From: Azolla caroliniana
Lineage: Eukaryota > Plantae > Polypodiophyta
Assembly: GCA_043228905.1 (NCBI GenBank)
Contig: JBHGNT010000016.1
Coordinates: 16,368,001 to 16,432,000, forward strand
Direction of reading: 5' to 3'
DNA: 64,000 bases
The notes beneath the pieces were generated by a model that made no database searches, was not told the origin of the DNA, and saw nothing but the letters and a program-made list of their open reading frames with translations. The position numbers were made by a program, and so were the translations under genes. This document shows positions 37,571-51,447 of the stretch, piece by piece (positions within the stretch are counted from its first letter, which is position 1; every line of letters starts with the position of its first letter).

Positions 37571-40500
37571 CACCGAACTATAGGAGCAAAGGAAAACATC
37601 GGAGGAACCCACAGAGACGGTGGAGCAAGAGAAGCCCACGTGGCAGGCACTGCAGGAATGCCAGATCATGTTACCACTGGGTCGGTTCCTGCAATTAGTG
37701 CCTTGATTCACTATCGGCTTAAAATCGGCATTGGCCCCACCATGCCTCGCACCAGCTCCAGCTTTCTTCTCAAATTCGGAAGAGGGACCAATAGTGGTAG
37801 ACACGAGCAGTCCAACAATCACCGCCATTATCAAAGGACAAGAAGTATTGGGGACAATTGTCGATGGTGGATCAGGAGTAAATGTAATAAGCTTATGAAC
37901 ATGCGACACTCTAGGAATCCAAGTATAGGGACCATGCCCGTTCTGGTTGTGGATGGCGGATACCAGTTCGGTACGACCGACCGGATTGATCCGGAATTTG
38001 AAAGTGACAATCGAAGGCCATGCCTTCTGTATTTCTGCGGTGATACTCCAGTTGAACACGTAGGGAGCATATCCTCTGTTGCTGGGATGACCATGGTTAC
38101 GAACGACCCATATTAAACAAAACTGGCAGAAGAACAATATTACGTTCCGAAGGGGGAAAATAAAGGTGCGAGTACCAACACAACCTCGAGTAGGCCCAAG
38201 CAAGGAAGTGACATCGTTATATGCCGAAAGCGTGAACATGCTGGAAGGGCTTGCCGATGAAGAGGTAGATCAATACCTCGATGAGAACCTAAGGATAGTC
38301 TGCCTATTTGAAGTAGATGTTGCCAAATTGGTCTCCCCATACATCGTGCACCCGGATGATGCCAGTAAGGAGCCGGATCGAGACGCATTCCGGGAACTGC
38401 GCCAAGCACAGGAAGCCTTAGAGCAGGAGATGGCGGTATCACAATGGGTGAAAGCATCACAGTTGGAAGAAGTGAATTTAGGAACTGGGGAAGAAGCAAG
38501 ACCGGTACATGTGGCCAAAGAAATGCCACCAGAGGAGAAATCGGAAATGATAATGTTATTAAAGGAATTCCAGGATGTATTTGCGTGGTCATATGAGGAC
38601 ATGCGGGGACTGGAACCGCAATGGTATCAACACTAGATCCATTTGAGCAAGGATATGAAACCGGTAGCACAACGACGTTATCGGATGAATCCAAATTATG
38701 CAGCTAAAGTAAAGGAGGAGATCGATAAGTTGCTTCGGGTCGGTTTCATCCGGTTGGTGAAGAAGGCCACCTAGCTAAGCCCAATCGTGGTAGTACCTAA
38801 GAAAAACGGAAAAATCCGGGTTTGTGTAGATTACCGGAAATTAAACGCTGCCACTATCACCGATGCATTTCTGCTTCCATTCACGGATGGAGTCTTGGAT
38901 GCGGTAGTGGGTCATGAGGTGTATAGTTTCCTCGATGGATTCAGCGGGTATAACCAAATCAAGATGCACTCGAATGACCAGGAGAAAACAACATTTGTAA
39001 CCGAATGGGGATTCTTCGTAGCGGTCTTGATGATGTTCGGACTAAAGACAACATCGGCAACGTTCCAGCGAATCATCATGGAAATTTTCAGGGAGTTTAT
39101 CCCAACGTTTATGCAAGTGTTCTTAGATGACTTTGCGGTGTATAGCTAGAAAGGAGAACATCTTGACCATCTCCGGTTATGTCTGGAAAAATGCAGTGGT
39201 TACCGATTAAGTCTGAATCCGGAAAAATGTGTATTCGGGGTAACCAATGGCACGCTATTAGGCCATATTGTTAATAAGGACGAGATTGCGGTGGACCTGG
39301 ATAAAGTTAAAGCCATTTTGGAAGCACCGGCACTGACCGCCAAAGCTTTAAGCCGGTTTTTAGGATAGATCCAGTGGCATAGCCAAATGCTCTAATACTT
39401 GGCCGACCTTGCGACACCACTACATGCAGCCATACATCGGACCCCCTTCCGATGGACGGAATTAGAGGACAGAGCATACCAGGCGCTCAAAATAATGCTG
39501 GCCTAGACACCGGTGGTACAACCCCCGGATTGGTTGAAGGAATTTCATGTGTTTGTGGATGCATTTGATATTGTGATCGGGAGTGTGCTTATGCAACTCA
39601 CCGAACCAAAGTGGTACCGGCCGGTTTACTACGCCAGTTGGAAGCTCTCCCAAGCGGAACGGAAATATTCAACAACGGAAAGGGAAGCCTTGGAAATGGT
39701 ATACAGTGAAACGAAGTACCTCCATTACTTGCTGGGACAGAAATTTTCATTCCATGTGGATCATTCGGCATTATTGTACTTGGTCTCCAAATCATCTTTA
39801 ACCGGCAAACTAGCACATTGGACGCTGCTTCTACAGGAGTTCAAATTTGAAATCTACCATAGACCAGGAGTACAACATGCAGTAGCAGATTACTTGAGTT
39901 GGTTAGAATCTGGAGAGGTAGGCGATGGAGTCCGAGACGAGTTTCCGGATGCGCAACTGTTTAGGGTGACAATAGAAAACATGGTGGACGAGATTGTTGC
40001 CGGGGAGGACAAATGGCTGACAAATATGCATCAGTTCTTAAGTACTGGACTGCCCCCGGAAGAGCTGAACTGGGATGAGTGGAAACGGTTGGCGGTACAA
40101 AGCCGACACTTTTGTTTAGTGCAGGATACATTGTACCACAAGGGAGTGGATGGTATATGGAGAAGTGCGGTCTAGAGCAACGAAAAGGACACAATTTTAC
40201 GGGGAGCTCACTATGGAGTTGCCGGGGGATACTATGCCGACAACACTATGGCAAGGAAGATATGGCGAAGCGGATTATGGTGGCCTACAACACTGAAGGA
40301 CTCGATTTGGTATGCAAAGGAATGCGACTTATGTCAACGAATGGGCCAACCAACAATGCAAGCAAGGATGCCACACCAGCTGGTGTTACCTCTAGAGCCA
40401 TTTCAGAAATGGGGATTGGACTTTGTTGGACCCTTCAAGCCACCGGCAATGAGGACCGACAACCGGTATATTATTGTTTCAACGAACTATTGCACAAAGT

Positions 40501-43500
40501 CGGTTGAAGCAAAGGCACTGTAGGACAATATTGCGGCATCAACAGCCAAATTCCTATATGAGTACATTTGGTGCCGGTATGGATATCTGATCGAACTGAT
40601 CAGTGATCAAGGTGGACACTTCCTTGGACAAGTGGTGGAGAGCTTAATGACATTTTATGTGGTGGTGCATAAGCGGAGTACACCATATTATCCATAGGCC
40701 AACAGATTGGCCGAATCCACCAACAAGACCTTGCAGAACATCCTCCGGAAAATAGTCAATGAAAACCGGATCGACTGGGACACGAAGCTGCAAAGTGCAC
40801 TGTGGGCTTACCGAACAGTGTACAAGACAAGTATCCAGACAACACCGTTCCGGTTAGCTTTCGGATTCGAAGAGGTAATGCTGATGGAGTTTCAAATTCC
40901 AAGTTTGCGGATTCACGTCGGGAGAGGTTAAGTGAGAAGGAATCGGAAAAAATTCGGCTAGCAACATTGTGCGAACTAGCTAGCGTTCTACAATTGGAGC
41001 TCGAGCAATGACGACGGAAAGTGTTTGTCAACCACACCGAAAGGGAAATGAGAAAATGTTCGGAATTGGCAAGCCGATTCTAGTATTTCAAACCCGGATG
41101 GGCAAGATGCTGGGAAAGTTATGGTTCCGGTGGACCGGACCGTACTGGATAACTTGAGAGTTCAAAGGGTCATATCAGCTAGGAACACTGGCCATCGAAG
41201 TCTTGGAGAAGTGGGTAAACGGTTTCCGACTGAAACCGTATTATGGGCCAATGCCACAGAACCCGTTCAAACAACCTAAGGCCAGAGCAAAAATCAAACG
41301 CGGTAATCGGATAGCCGGCAACCAAGAGCAACCTACAACGGATCCGGTGTTGCCGGATATGACGGAAAAGGAATAACACATGTCCTTAGTAGAAAAAAAT
41401 AAAAGTAAATAAATAAATAAAATAATAATAAAAATAATAATAATAATGAACGGACACCTCGAAACGGCATGACGTCAGCCATTTAAAGCGCACCACGCAG
41501 CATACAACTTCTATATTGGTACACGACGTGCATGCGCGGGAACCAAGAAAAGGCGGCAAAGATGGGAACAAAAAGCATCCGCGTTACAGAGTCTCTCTCA
41601 TTTCGCGAACACAGAGCACTTAGCGCACAAAAGCGGATATAGGTGATCAGGCGAATGCAAGAAGCTAACGCAGGCACCCCAAAGCTTACCACCACCACTG
41701 AAGTAGATGACACACTTGAGCCCATGGCGCTCTCCGAGATTGTCAAGAAATGGTTTACGCAACACGGATTGGAGGGCTTTCTCCGGATAGCATAAGCACC
41801 TCCCCACAATGAATTAGAATAGGTCGCACAAAACATCGACTTGGAGGAAATAACAGAGGAGGCGATCCGTGCCTTAAATCGGATTTCCGGAGGGGGTGGA
41901 TCTACTCTATTGAGACTCCTTCCCTAGAAACACCGATAAAGTTTTTTGGCGAATACTCCCTCGCTAGCAAAGCATACCGGACCCAAGGCGGTGACGATGC
42001 CTTATTCCGAGAAGTGGTTTGTGTGCTCCACGAGTATGGGTTCGTGCACCCCCGACCCCTGGCAATGCCTAAGAACAGAGCCAGGTTCATCATCACAACA
42101 TACGAAGGGGTGAAAGTGGATTGACCGGTAATCATAACCGATTCTCTGCGAGTGGCCATCCAGTCAGTGGTGGATGGCAAGAAGGTATGGATAGTGGTGG
42201 CCCAATGGCTCACCTTCCTTGCACCACCAATGCCGGCATTAAAGGCGAAGAAGAAGGGCCGAGCGTCGGATGCAACGCTGAACAAGCCTTCGAAGCGACA
42301 ACAACTCCTAGCCAAGCACATTCTCGGTTGGACAGAGAGTGGATCAACGCAGAAGGACGCAGAGCCGGCAAGGCAGGTAGCACAAAAGGACAAAGAGAAG
42401 CCAAGCTGGAAGAGGGAGGCAGAAACAGAGGCGCTGGTGGAACCAGAACCAGTGACGGAACTGCACATCTCACCGAGTCGACAGGCACAACAAGAACAAG
42501 ACTTGTTGTCAGAGCTAGTAGTACAACGAGGGCTTGAGGCAAGACTGGAGTCGGCCCCTTGACCAGAACTGGCGAGACTACAAGGCATCGGCAATCAATG
42601 GCTGTGTTGGATTGGAGAGCAGGTGGCCAGGGTGGTAAGTTAGATTGAAGCCGAAGAGAGAGCACAATGGGACTGGTTGTTCGCCACAATTGAGTTGGCT
42701 GCCCAAGAGGCCTTGCGGGCCAGAGAACGGGAGCAGAAGAAGTCAACAGAGGAAGAGAAACAAAAAATCGAAGAGAACCTCCGGAAGAGTCACCAAGTAA
42801 ATGACTGGTTGAAACAAGAGAAGAAGAAGTTGCTGCAAGAGAAGGATAAGCTACGCCAAATGGCAGAGGGGGAGATAGAATTTCTAAAAGAAGAACCCCG
42901 CAGCAAAAAGATTGGGAAGATCGTGCCCAAAGACAGATAAACCAAAAGTTGAAATAGAAGACGGATGAGTTTGAACGACTGCACCGGGATCACAAACACT
43001 TAGATGCGGCGGAGCATAAGAAATTAGGCACGTAGTGTGATTGGAAGCAGGAGAAGATCCACGAACTTCAGACGGAAGTAACCAAAACGATGGATGCGTT
43101 GGTGGAAGAACGGAGTAAAGAGTTTGAGTCGGCAAAGCTGTTGGAGGAAGCGACAAGAGAAAGGACGATGCTCACCCGTTAACACTATGAGGAGTTGGAA
43201 CGAGCAAAAATGGCTCTGAATAAGGTTTAGACAACTTATCAGACTCAGTTGCTAGAATATGGGGTGCAGGCACAGGCAACTGTAGGCTTGATCAAGAAAT
43301 TGAAGGAAGAAAAGCAGGCCATGGAAGACAAGTCCAAACTGGGACTTAACCGGATCCAAGACATTGTGCTGGCATGGAAAGAGCGGACAAAGACAATGAT
43401 TGATGAAAGTTCCGTACAATGGTGGTCAAGATGGGCACAACAGGCAGTGGAATTGCAGATTCTCTAAGCGGATGCTGAGAACCGGAGAAAGGCCGGTGAC

Positions 43501-43585
43501 AACTTCTACAAGATGGATGAGGAGAGTATTGTCACTATCCGAGAAGATTGTCTGACGACTTTTTGTCCTTGCTAGGAGAACAAAT
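37571..43585 (+). mobile_element. Decayed family A copy 2 (protease-RT-RNase H-integrase plus ORF3), no LTRs
   Basis: Colinear with ~54500-61040; many stops; ORF3 remnant at ~41716-43585. Confidence 0.93.
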
Positions 43586-44432
43586 AGTTGGGATTTCAGT
43601 CCCTCTGGATGGGATATGGAGGCCTGGCAAGAGCCGGATGAAGAAGACCCGGTGAGAACCGGATGATGAGGACCCGATGAGAACCGGAAAAGAGACGGCG
43701 AGAATCAGAAGAGAAGACATATCTGTAAATATGTTTTTGAGCAAGCCCATTGAGGCTATATTTGTAAATAGCCCTAAGTTCATATAACTATAAATATGAC
43801 TTAGGGCAATCACTTTATGTGTGGTTGTTTTTCTGGTTAGTGTTATGTTGTTGTATGTACAGAGATAGAGAGCTTAGTGAGAGAGAGAGAGACCTTGAGG
43901 AGTCTCTGTTGTAACCGCCGCCAGGCGAAGACTGTGTGCACGAGGTCGTTACCTCTGCAAATCTTTCTGTATACCTTTCTCACATAGTGATAGTTCGGAG
44001 TCTGTGGGCTCCCGTGGTTTTTCCCGTTTAGGGTTTTCAACGTAAACATCCTGTGCACTCTCTTATTGTCTGTGTGTGTACGTGTACTTACCTCCATTCC
44101 CATTTTTCAGTGTTCGATTCTAAATGAAACAATCTAAGACTCAGTTGTGGCCGAGTAATATTCCGCATATTCTTGTCAAACTGGTATCAGAGCAAAACGA
44201 CATAGAAAATGGAAGATTCATTCGGCGGCATGTTCAAGATCACCAGCTCCAACTATTCAATGTGGAAGTCGAAGATGAGGGATATGCTGGTGGTTAAAGA
44301 TCTTTGGTTTCCTGTTCAGTTCGGGGATGCGAGACTGGACAAGATTGATGCCACGATATGGGAGGTGATGCACATGAAGACAACAACGTACATTCGGTGC
44401 TTCATTGACATGAACCTATACAACAACTTCAT
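43586..44432 (+). mobile_element. Copia family E 5' LTR (43586-44178), PBS (44182-44193) and gag start
   Basis: TGGTATCAGAGC; MEDSFGGMFKITSSNYSMWKSKMRDMLVVKDLW; LTR similar to solo LTR 16763-17369. Confidence 0.85.
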
Positions 44433-44599
44433 TGCGTCTTTGTTGTAGACAATAAACTATGAGAATACAGGTTGGTAACTCTGGGGAAAAACGAGCAATA
44501 AGTGGGAATAAGCAGAAGCGATCTTGACACAAGTCGGAAACCTCGATCACACGCTCTTGACCCCCTTTTTTGTTGCGTAACTCGGAATCTTCATGGCAA

Positions 44600-44758
44600 C
44601 GTTCTATTGCATCAGGAGATATTACTCAAGAATCAGAGCCTATTCATATAGTTCTTGGTAATTTAGCTTGTGTAGTATCTTTCAATATCATAAGTATTCC
44701 TTAACATTCAATTGTTCTTGGGTTGCCTTGGTTCAAACTTCATAATCCAAATATTAAT
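44600..44758 (+). pseudogene. Fragment of a chromovirus-type (Tcn1-like) aspartic protease C-half
   Basis: Translates as RSIASGDITQESEPIHIVLGNLACVVSFNIISIP*HSIVLGLPWFKLHNPNIN, matching the ILGxPWxxxHNPxI retropepsin motif. Confidence 0.65.
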
Positions 44759-44764
44759 CATAAA

Positions 44765-45097
44765 CTATATGAAGTTGATGGCATTGTTGTTCCCGAACAT
44801 GGTGTCGATCTTCTCCCAAAGGACATCTGCATTGTTGTCATCATCAAAGTTGTTGTATAGACTCATGTCTATGAAACACATGATGTATCCTAGTGCCTTT
44901 AGATGCAACACTTCCCAAGTCGAACCTTTTACTGGTAGCCACAAATCTTTGCACACAAGCATATTTCTTATCTTTGACTTCCACACTGAATAGTTAGAGC
45001 CAATTAGCTTGAACATACCCCGAAATGAATCATCCGTTTTTCAAAAATGCTCTGATAGCAGTTTAGTGAACACAACCAAGGCAAATGCATAATACAG
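44765..45097 (-). mobile_element. Copia family E gag start, decayed PBS and LTR end; the LTR continues at 62024-62170 beyond the gypsy B insertion
   Basis: MFKLIGSNYSVWKSKIRNMLVCKDLW; TGCTATCAGAGC at 45060-45049; 62024-62170 matches the reverse complement of the family E LTR. Confidence 0.8.
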
Positions 45098-45786
45098 TGT
45101 CGTGAAGAAAACTGTCCCTTAGCGTAATCGGTGCATAGCGCGCGTGAATCGGCTCTTCACGCGTGCGCGCCCTTTAATGTATATAATAGAGAATTAGGTA
45201 CAAAGGTATATCCTAGGTAGTTAGATTCCGTAGGTAGGAAGTTAATGAGGGAAACGGCTCCCTTCTTGAAGCTATAAAAGAGAGGGAGACGCGGGGAGAA
45301 GGGGGAGATATATATTATTATTGAGGAGGACGAAGTGCTGTCGGACGGAAACCGAATGCTTCTCCTCCATTCGTTCTCCATCGCTCTTCTCTGTAGGTTT
45401 TCGGGAGGCTCGCGCTGCTTCGAGGAACGCTCGTGTGCTTCCGGTAGCACCTCCATCCAATCCCCTTTCGTGCGCAGACGTGCAGGCATCTGCATCTGTT
45501 CGCCGGCCTGTTCGGTTGTAACCGCTCGCGTGCTCTGTTGTTTATTTGTCATTCATTAACATATAAAAATTCGTGTCTCTCTGTCTCTGTGTCCATTCTT
45601 GTGTTCTGTGTTGACAGGGCCGTGTCCCTGTGTTTCTTTGCTCATACGTAACCGAGCGTCTCTCTCTTTCTCTTTCCCCTTCTATCACGTGCTCTTTGGT
45701 TCAAGACCCCGGTGGTCCCGCCTCGTTTCCCCACACACGCGCGTAGTACAAGGCGGCAGAGGAGTAGAAGATGAGGGGGTCGGATC

Positions 45787-47869
45787 TTGCAGAGGACCGT
45801 GGACCGGATAGGGAGTGCGCGCGAGGGCGCCGGCGCTCTTGACAGGGCTATTGAGGCGATCGTCGGTACCATCGACCAGTTCAGTGGAAAGGATGCCACG
45901 AGTTATTTGGCGTCCTACTGGGCAGAGATATTGATGAGGGATATTCCGGAAGAGAGGCGTCCTGCCGGATTCCCTCGAGTGGCGATGCCGGGCATCCATG
46001 CGGAGGTGCTCGAGGTCCGGGCGGAGAGCCGGACCTGGGAGGAGTTCAAAGTACGGCTACTGGAGAAATACGGGTTGGATGATGTGCTTCGGCTTTCGAA
46101 GCGGGGCTTCATGGAGTGGGTGGAGTCCCCCAACAAAGGAAGAAATGCGTCGGTACTCCTCCGGGAGTTTGAGGAACGCTTTGCGCGCCTTTCGGCGCTC
46201 GATCAGACCGTTCTGGACACAAGTCATGTCCTACTGTTTGTCAAATCGGTTGACGCACGAGATCGGGAGCAAGTGGGCTCCTTACTAGAAACCGAAGACG
46301 GGACCGCGGTAAAAAGAGTCTGCGGCTGTTTTGACAAACGGTGGGAGTGGGCTGATACAGGGGCGACCGGGGTGGGTCCTGTCGTAGCAAGGAAGCTCGA
46401 ACCGATACCACAGGTGCGAAGGGAAGAGACCCGGGAGTGGCTCGAAACCGGTTCGGCTTCGACCGGCGTGGTCAGAGGCTCGTCCGGGGGAACAACGTTG
46501 GAGGAGTTGACACGGGCGGTAAAGGATCTCCAGATCTCCCAGGCTCAGAGGGAAGGCGGCGAACAGGCTCGTGACCGACGACCTCCGACAGGAAATAGGT
46601 GCATGTGGTGCGACGAGGTCGGCCACATCCGGAAAGACTGCGGGGACTTTGCGGAGGCTTTGAGGAGCCGGGTAGTGTACCTATGGGAAGGTCGGGTGCA
46701 CGCCAGCGATACCCGGAGGGCCCTGAACCGAAACGACGGGCGAGGAGGAATGAAAAGGCTGATGGAAGAGGTGGCGGCCCGGCACGCGGAGACCGTCCAC
46801 TACTCGGCGTCAACCGGTATTCGGGTCGGAGGCAGCGAGGCCCGGAAGGAAGGCAAAGCCGGGTTCTGGCCGACGATGCTGGAAGGCCTCGCCGGTGCCC
46901 GACTAAGGAAAGACGAGGCGGACCGCGTGGAGAAGCGGGTCCAGGAGGTAACCAGGTGGAGTGACCCGGTCAAAGAAAAGACGGGTTTCGTCGAAGCAGC
47001 TTGCCAGAACTACGAGGCTCTGGTTGAAGACAAACGGGTAGGTAAAACCGGAGGGGCCGGACCCTCATAGAGATACGAAACCCGATTCGGGCCGAAACAG
47101 AACGAGGCCGGTGAGACCAGTGCCCGGGATAACCACAAGAAGGGCGGATACCGGTTGGGCACGGAGATCGAAAGGACCACAGACCTACGAAAGGTCCTGG
47201 AAGAACGAATCCTCGACAGCAAGGTGGAACTGTCGTTGCGGGAGGTGCTCGGAATCGCCAAGAAGGAGTTCCACGACTCCATCGTAGACTTGCTGAAGAG
47301 GAAGAGGTTGTCGACGGAGACAGAACCGGAAAGGCCGGTGGAGGTGCGGACGACGCACATAGAGGACATGGCGCTGGAAGACGAGTGGGCGGAGAGCCAC
47401 TATTCGAGGGCATACTGGGCCCGAGTGACCACGGAAACCCCGGTGAAGATCGGAGATGTTCAGGCCGGTGGTGGCGCTGGTGGACCACGGTTCGGAAATA
47501 AACCTGATGTCCATGGACTTCTACAAGAAGGGGAAATGGCCGATCAACACCAAGCACGGGTGGAAGATACGGGCAGCGACGCACGCCACCGAGGAACTAC
47601 ACGGAGCCTGCCCAAACGTGCGAGTCAAGATCGGCGACGTCGAGATAGACCAACACTTCTTTGTGCAGGAGACGTCCTCGCACCCGGTCATACTGGGAGA
47701 ACCGTACATTACGGCAGCGCGGATGGAGACCAACGTGCTTGACAACGGGTCGGCTTACGCGAGGGTCAAGAGTCAGGACGGGCGTCATTGGGTCCAGTTC
47801 CTGATGGTGCGACCGAACCACGAGCGAAACCGCGAGTCCCTTGGTGGCGAGAACCGAGAGGTTTTTTAG
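45787..47869 (+). pseudogene. gag: Family B ORF1: gag plus aspartic protease (stop at 47068-47070, frameshift near 47460)
   Basis: CMWCDEVGHIRKDC zinc knuckle; VALVDHGSEINLM and VILGEPY protease motifs. Confidence 0.85.
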
Positions 47870-47925
47870 AGAGGGCTGTCAAGGCGTGGGGCCGCGATAG
47901 TCCGGACACTCCGGGAAAACCCCAC
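47860..47925 (+). promoter_or_regulatory. Candidate -1 programmed ribosomal frameshift signal (G_GUU_UUU plus pseudoknot)
   Basis: Heptamer directly before the ORF1 stop; 6-nt spacer; stem GGGCTGTC/GATAGTCC whose loop GTGGGG can pair with CCCCAC; pol is in the -1 frame. Confidence 0.7.
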
Positions 47926-50900
47926 AAATGTACGATAGAGGCAAAACCGAAGAAACCTTGTACCATAAGTAGGAAGTTTTGTTTCTCCGACAACGGAGGG
48001 TGTACGATAGTTGGCGTCATTGGCCGAGAAAAGACAAGGGCGGAAGAGCGACTTCGGGCGTGCAGAATTCTCGGGCCCAGCGAGGAAATCAATGGAGCCG
48101 TGGAGGTGGTCTCCTTCGACGATACCTTGGGAATACTACGATAGGTGGTCGGAGAGGGCCTTAAAGAGGACCGGACGATACCAGTTTGTTCAGAAGAGAT
48201 GTACGAAGTCATCGCGGACTTCAGTCGAGGGCTCGAGTTGGATCAGACGGCCCGGGTTAACACGAAGTACAAGACTGTGGACCGGAAGGTAAGGCCAGTC
48301 GCGGCACCCTTACCGGAGGGCAGCGAGTTGCGAATCAAGGGGGTCGCGTCGGACCCCAGTTTACGAGATCCGGCCTGCATAGGACACACCTTCACCGACA
48401 GAACGCTACGGGAGCTCAAAATCAATGGGGGCGGGTTCCTACTGCCGGTGGAAGAACACCGGTTTCGGAGAATGCTCGGAAGGCACGGGAAAGCCTTCGC
48501 ATTCTCACCGGAAGAGATCGGGTGCGTAGACCCAACAGTCATGAAGCCGATGGTGATATTCACGGTACTGCATGTGTCGTGGAATCTCAAACCAATTCCG
48601 GTACCGAGAGCTCACATCCCGGAGCTGATGGAGCTATTGAGGCAAAAAGTCGATATGGGCATCCTCGAACCGTCGAGTGCCCCGTACTCGAACCGGTGGT
48701 TTACCGTACCGAAGAAGAACGGGACGTTGCGCTTCATTCAAGACCTGCAACCGGTCAACAAAGTGACCATTCGGAACGCAGGAATTGGACCAACGATAGA
48801 CGAGTTCACGGAGGCCTTCGCCGGAAGGTCGATCTACTCGGTCGGTGATCTGTACTCGGGGTACGATCAGTTCCAACTAGCCGTGGAGAGCAGAGACATT
48901 ACGACGATGCGGACTCATCTCGGCCTAGTGCGGATGTGTACCCTGCCACAAGGAGGGACGAACTCGGTGGCCCACATGGTGAATACGATGAACAAGGTGC
49001 TGAGGGATTGTATCCCGAACATCACCATGCCATTCTTGGACGACATCCTGATCAAGGGATGTCCGGTGGAGGAAAGGGACGAAACGATCGGACCGGACGG
49101 ATGCCGGAAATTCGTGGCGACACACATTGACGACTGCAAGAGGGTGCTGCAGAGGCTAGAGGACGCGAGGCTCACCTTCTCCGGGGAGAAATCGGCCTTT
49201 GGGCAATTAGAGATCATGGTCGTCGGACATCTATGCGGACCGTATGGCCGGAAACCGTCTCCGGCTAAGGTGGAAGCCATCTCCGCAATGAAGCCCGATT
49301 GTAACTCGGTCACGAAGGTACGGAGGTTCTTGGGAGCATGCGCGTTCTACCACATATGGATCCCACATTATGCCCACGTTGCCGAGCCGCTATACGGGTT
49401 GCTGAAAAAGGGGCGAAAATTCGAGTGGCGAGACGAGCATACGGAGTCGGTCCGAAAGATGAAGGAGGCTCTTGCTGTAGCTCCGGCACTCCGGAAGGCT
49501 GTCTACGACAAAGGCACTCCCATCTACATAACGGTAGATACAAGTCCGACCGGGATTGGATGGGTCGTCAACCAAGAAGATGAGGACGGCATTCGGTTCC
49601 CAATCCGGTTCGGCGCGAAGGTCCTCAGCGAGCGACAACGAGGATACGCCCAGGTTAAACGCGAACTCTGGGGTATCGTTTTGGCGATGAAGGCCGATAA
49701 AGACTATCTGATCGGGACAGAGGTGATTATCGAGACGGACTGCCTGCCAATTCTCGGCATGGTTTCCGGATGTGCAACCCCGGACCTGGCAATGCTCAGG
49801 TGGATAGCGTACATCAAGTCCCTGGATCCGGAAATACGACACATTTCCGGGAAAGATAATGCCATGGCCGACATGCTTTCGAGGGCGCGATTCGACGACG
49901 AGGGCGGCATGGTTTCGGAGGACGAGGAAGTCGGCGTGAACTTCTTCGAGGCGACTTACGTAACAACTGAGGGGGGGAGCACTCCAGCGCTTAACGATTT
50001 CAACGAGAGCAAGTACGACGGGGAGTGGCTACAGATCGGAGGGTTCCTGAAGACAATGACGCCGGACGCGTCATGGACAAAGAACGAGGCCAACCAGATC
50101 CGGAAGAAAGCGTACCGATTCTTCCTCCGGGACGGGTACATATGGAAGCACCCGAAGAAGAGGAACGACATCCCACTCCGAGTGGTGGTGAAGAAGGAGG
50201 AACATGAGGATTTGTTGGCGGTGTACCACGAAAGCCCGTGGGCTGGAGACCGTGGGACGTGGGCCACGTTTGAGAAACTAAAGGGGAAGTACTGGTGGTC
50301 GGGACTGTACCGGGACGTGCATCGGTTTGTGACAACTTGTGAGAGCTGTCAGATACACTCCATAGTCCGACATCGGGACGAGCTTCACCCTACATACCCT
50401 CCGGCCATCCACTTCAAATGGATGGTAGATTTGGTGATGATGCCGATGGGTGTAGGGCAGATGCGATATCTGGTGTTGGCCCGGGAGGACCTGACGAACT
50501 AGGTGGAAGGCCGAGCCCTGCAGAATAAAATGACCGCGGCTGTGTGTCGGTTCCTGATCGAGGACGTGATATGCTGGTACGGGTGTGTCGGGAAGATCGT
50601 GGCGGACCGCGGGGAGTTGGACGCCGAAGAGGCCAAGGAGTTGTTTGACCGGTTAGGGGTCAAGCTCTCGCTCACCACAGCGTACAATCCGGAGGCGAAC
50701 GGGAAGGTGGAGCGCGGACACGGACCAATCGTCAAAGCGCTAGTCCGGGCGTGCGGAGGCCAGGTCGGGAACTGGCCACGACTGTTACCTTATGCCTTGT
50801 GGGCGGACCGGACAACGCACAGTTCGGTAACCGGGTTCATGCCGTCAGAGCTCATGTTCGGACAGAAGCCAATCATGCCGATGGAACGGACGATCTCCTC

Positions 50901-51447
50901 TTGGGTGACAGTGGACTGGAGAGACGAGATGAGCCGGGAAGAACTACTAGCGGCGCGTATACGGCAGCTCGAGCGGAGGCCAGAGGACGTGGAACGAGCG
51001 GCGGAGAGACTTCGGACGGCGAGGATGAGGAACAAAGCCCGGTTCGACCGAATGCACTGGCTCCGACCAAAGAAAATCGAGGAAGGCGACTGGGTGCTAG
51101 TCTACGACAGCAGCCTCGACAACCAGCACCGGGCAACACGGAAGTTTGCAAAGCGGTGGTTCGGGTCTTATGTGGTAACGAGCGCCAACAACAACGGGAC
51201 GTATCATCTGGCGGAACTCAACGGTACGAGGATGGCGATACCGGTAGCAAGGAAGCGGATCAATGCGTTCAAGAAGCGCCACGACAGCGAACCGGATCTA
51301 AGAGGCCTGGACAACGACGACGAACAGTCCGAAACGGAGGACGAACCGATGGACGAGGAACAGAAACCCGGACCGGTTTTCTCCAACCAGAACCCAATTT
51401 TGGCGCATACCGGTGGATGCGTGGTTAGGTGGGGGCGGATGTCGTGA
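47860..51447 (+). pseudogene. pol: Family B ORF2: RT-RNase H-integrase (in-frame TAG at 48142 and 50500)
   Basis: LRFIQDLQPVN, DLYSGYDQ, LPQGGTNS and FLDD RT motifs; TVDTSPTGIG RNase H; WMVDL/VADRGE/NGKVERGH integrase. Confidence 0.93.

Noticed and set aside
45157-45552. 131-aa antisense ORF repeated at 51499-51894
   Set aside because: Lies within the two LTR copies; no recognisable domain
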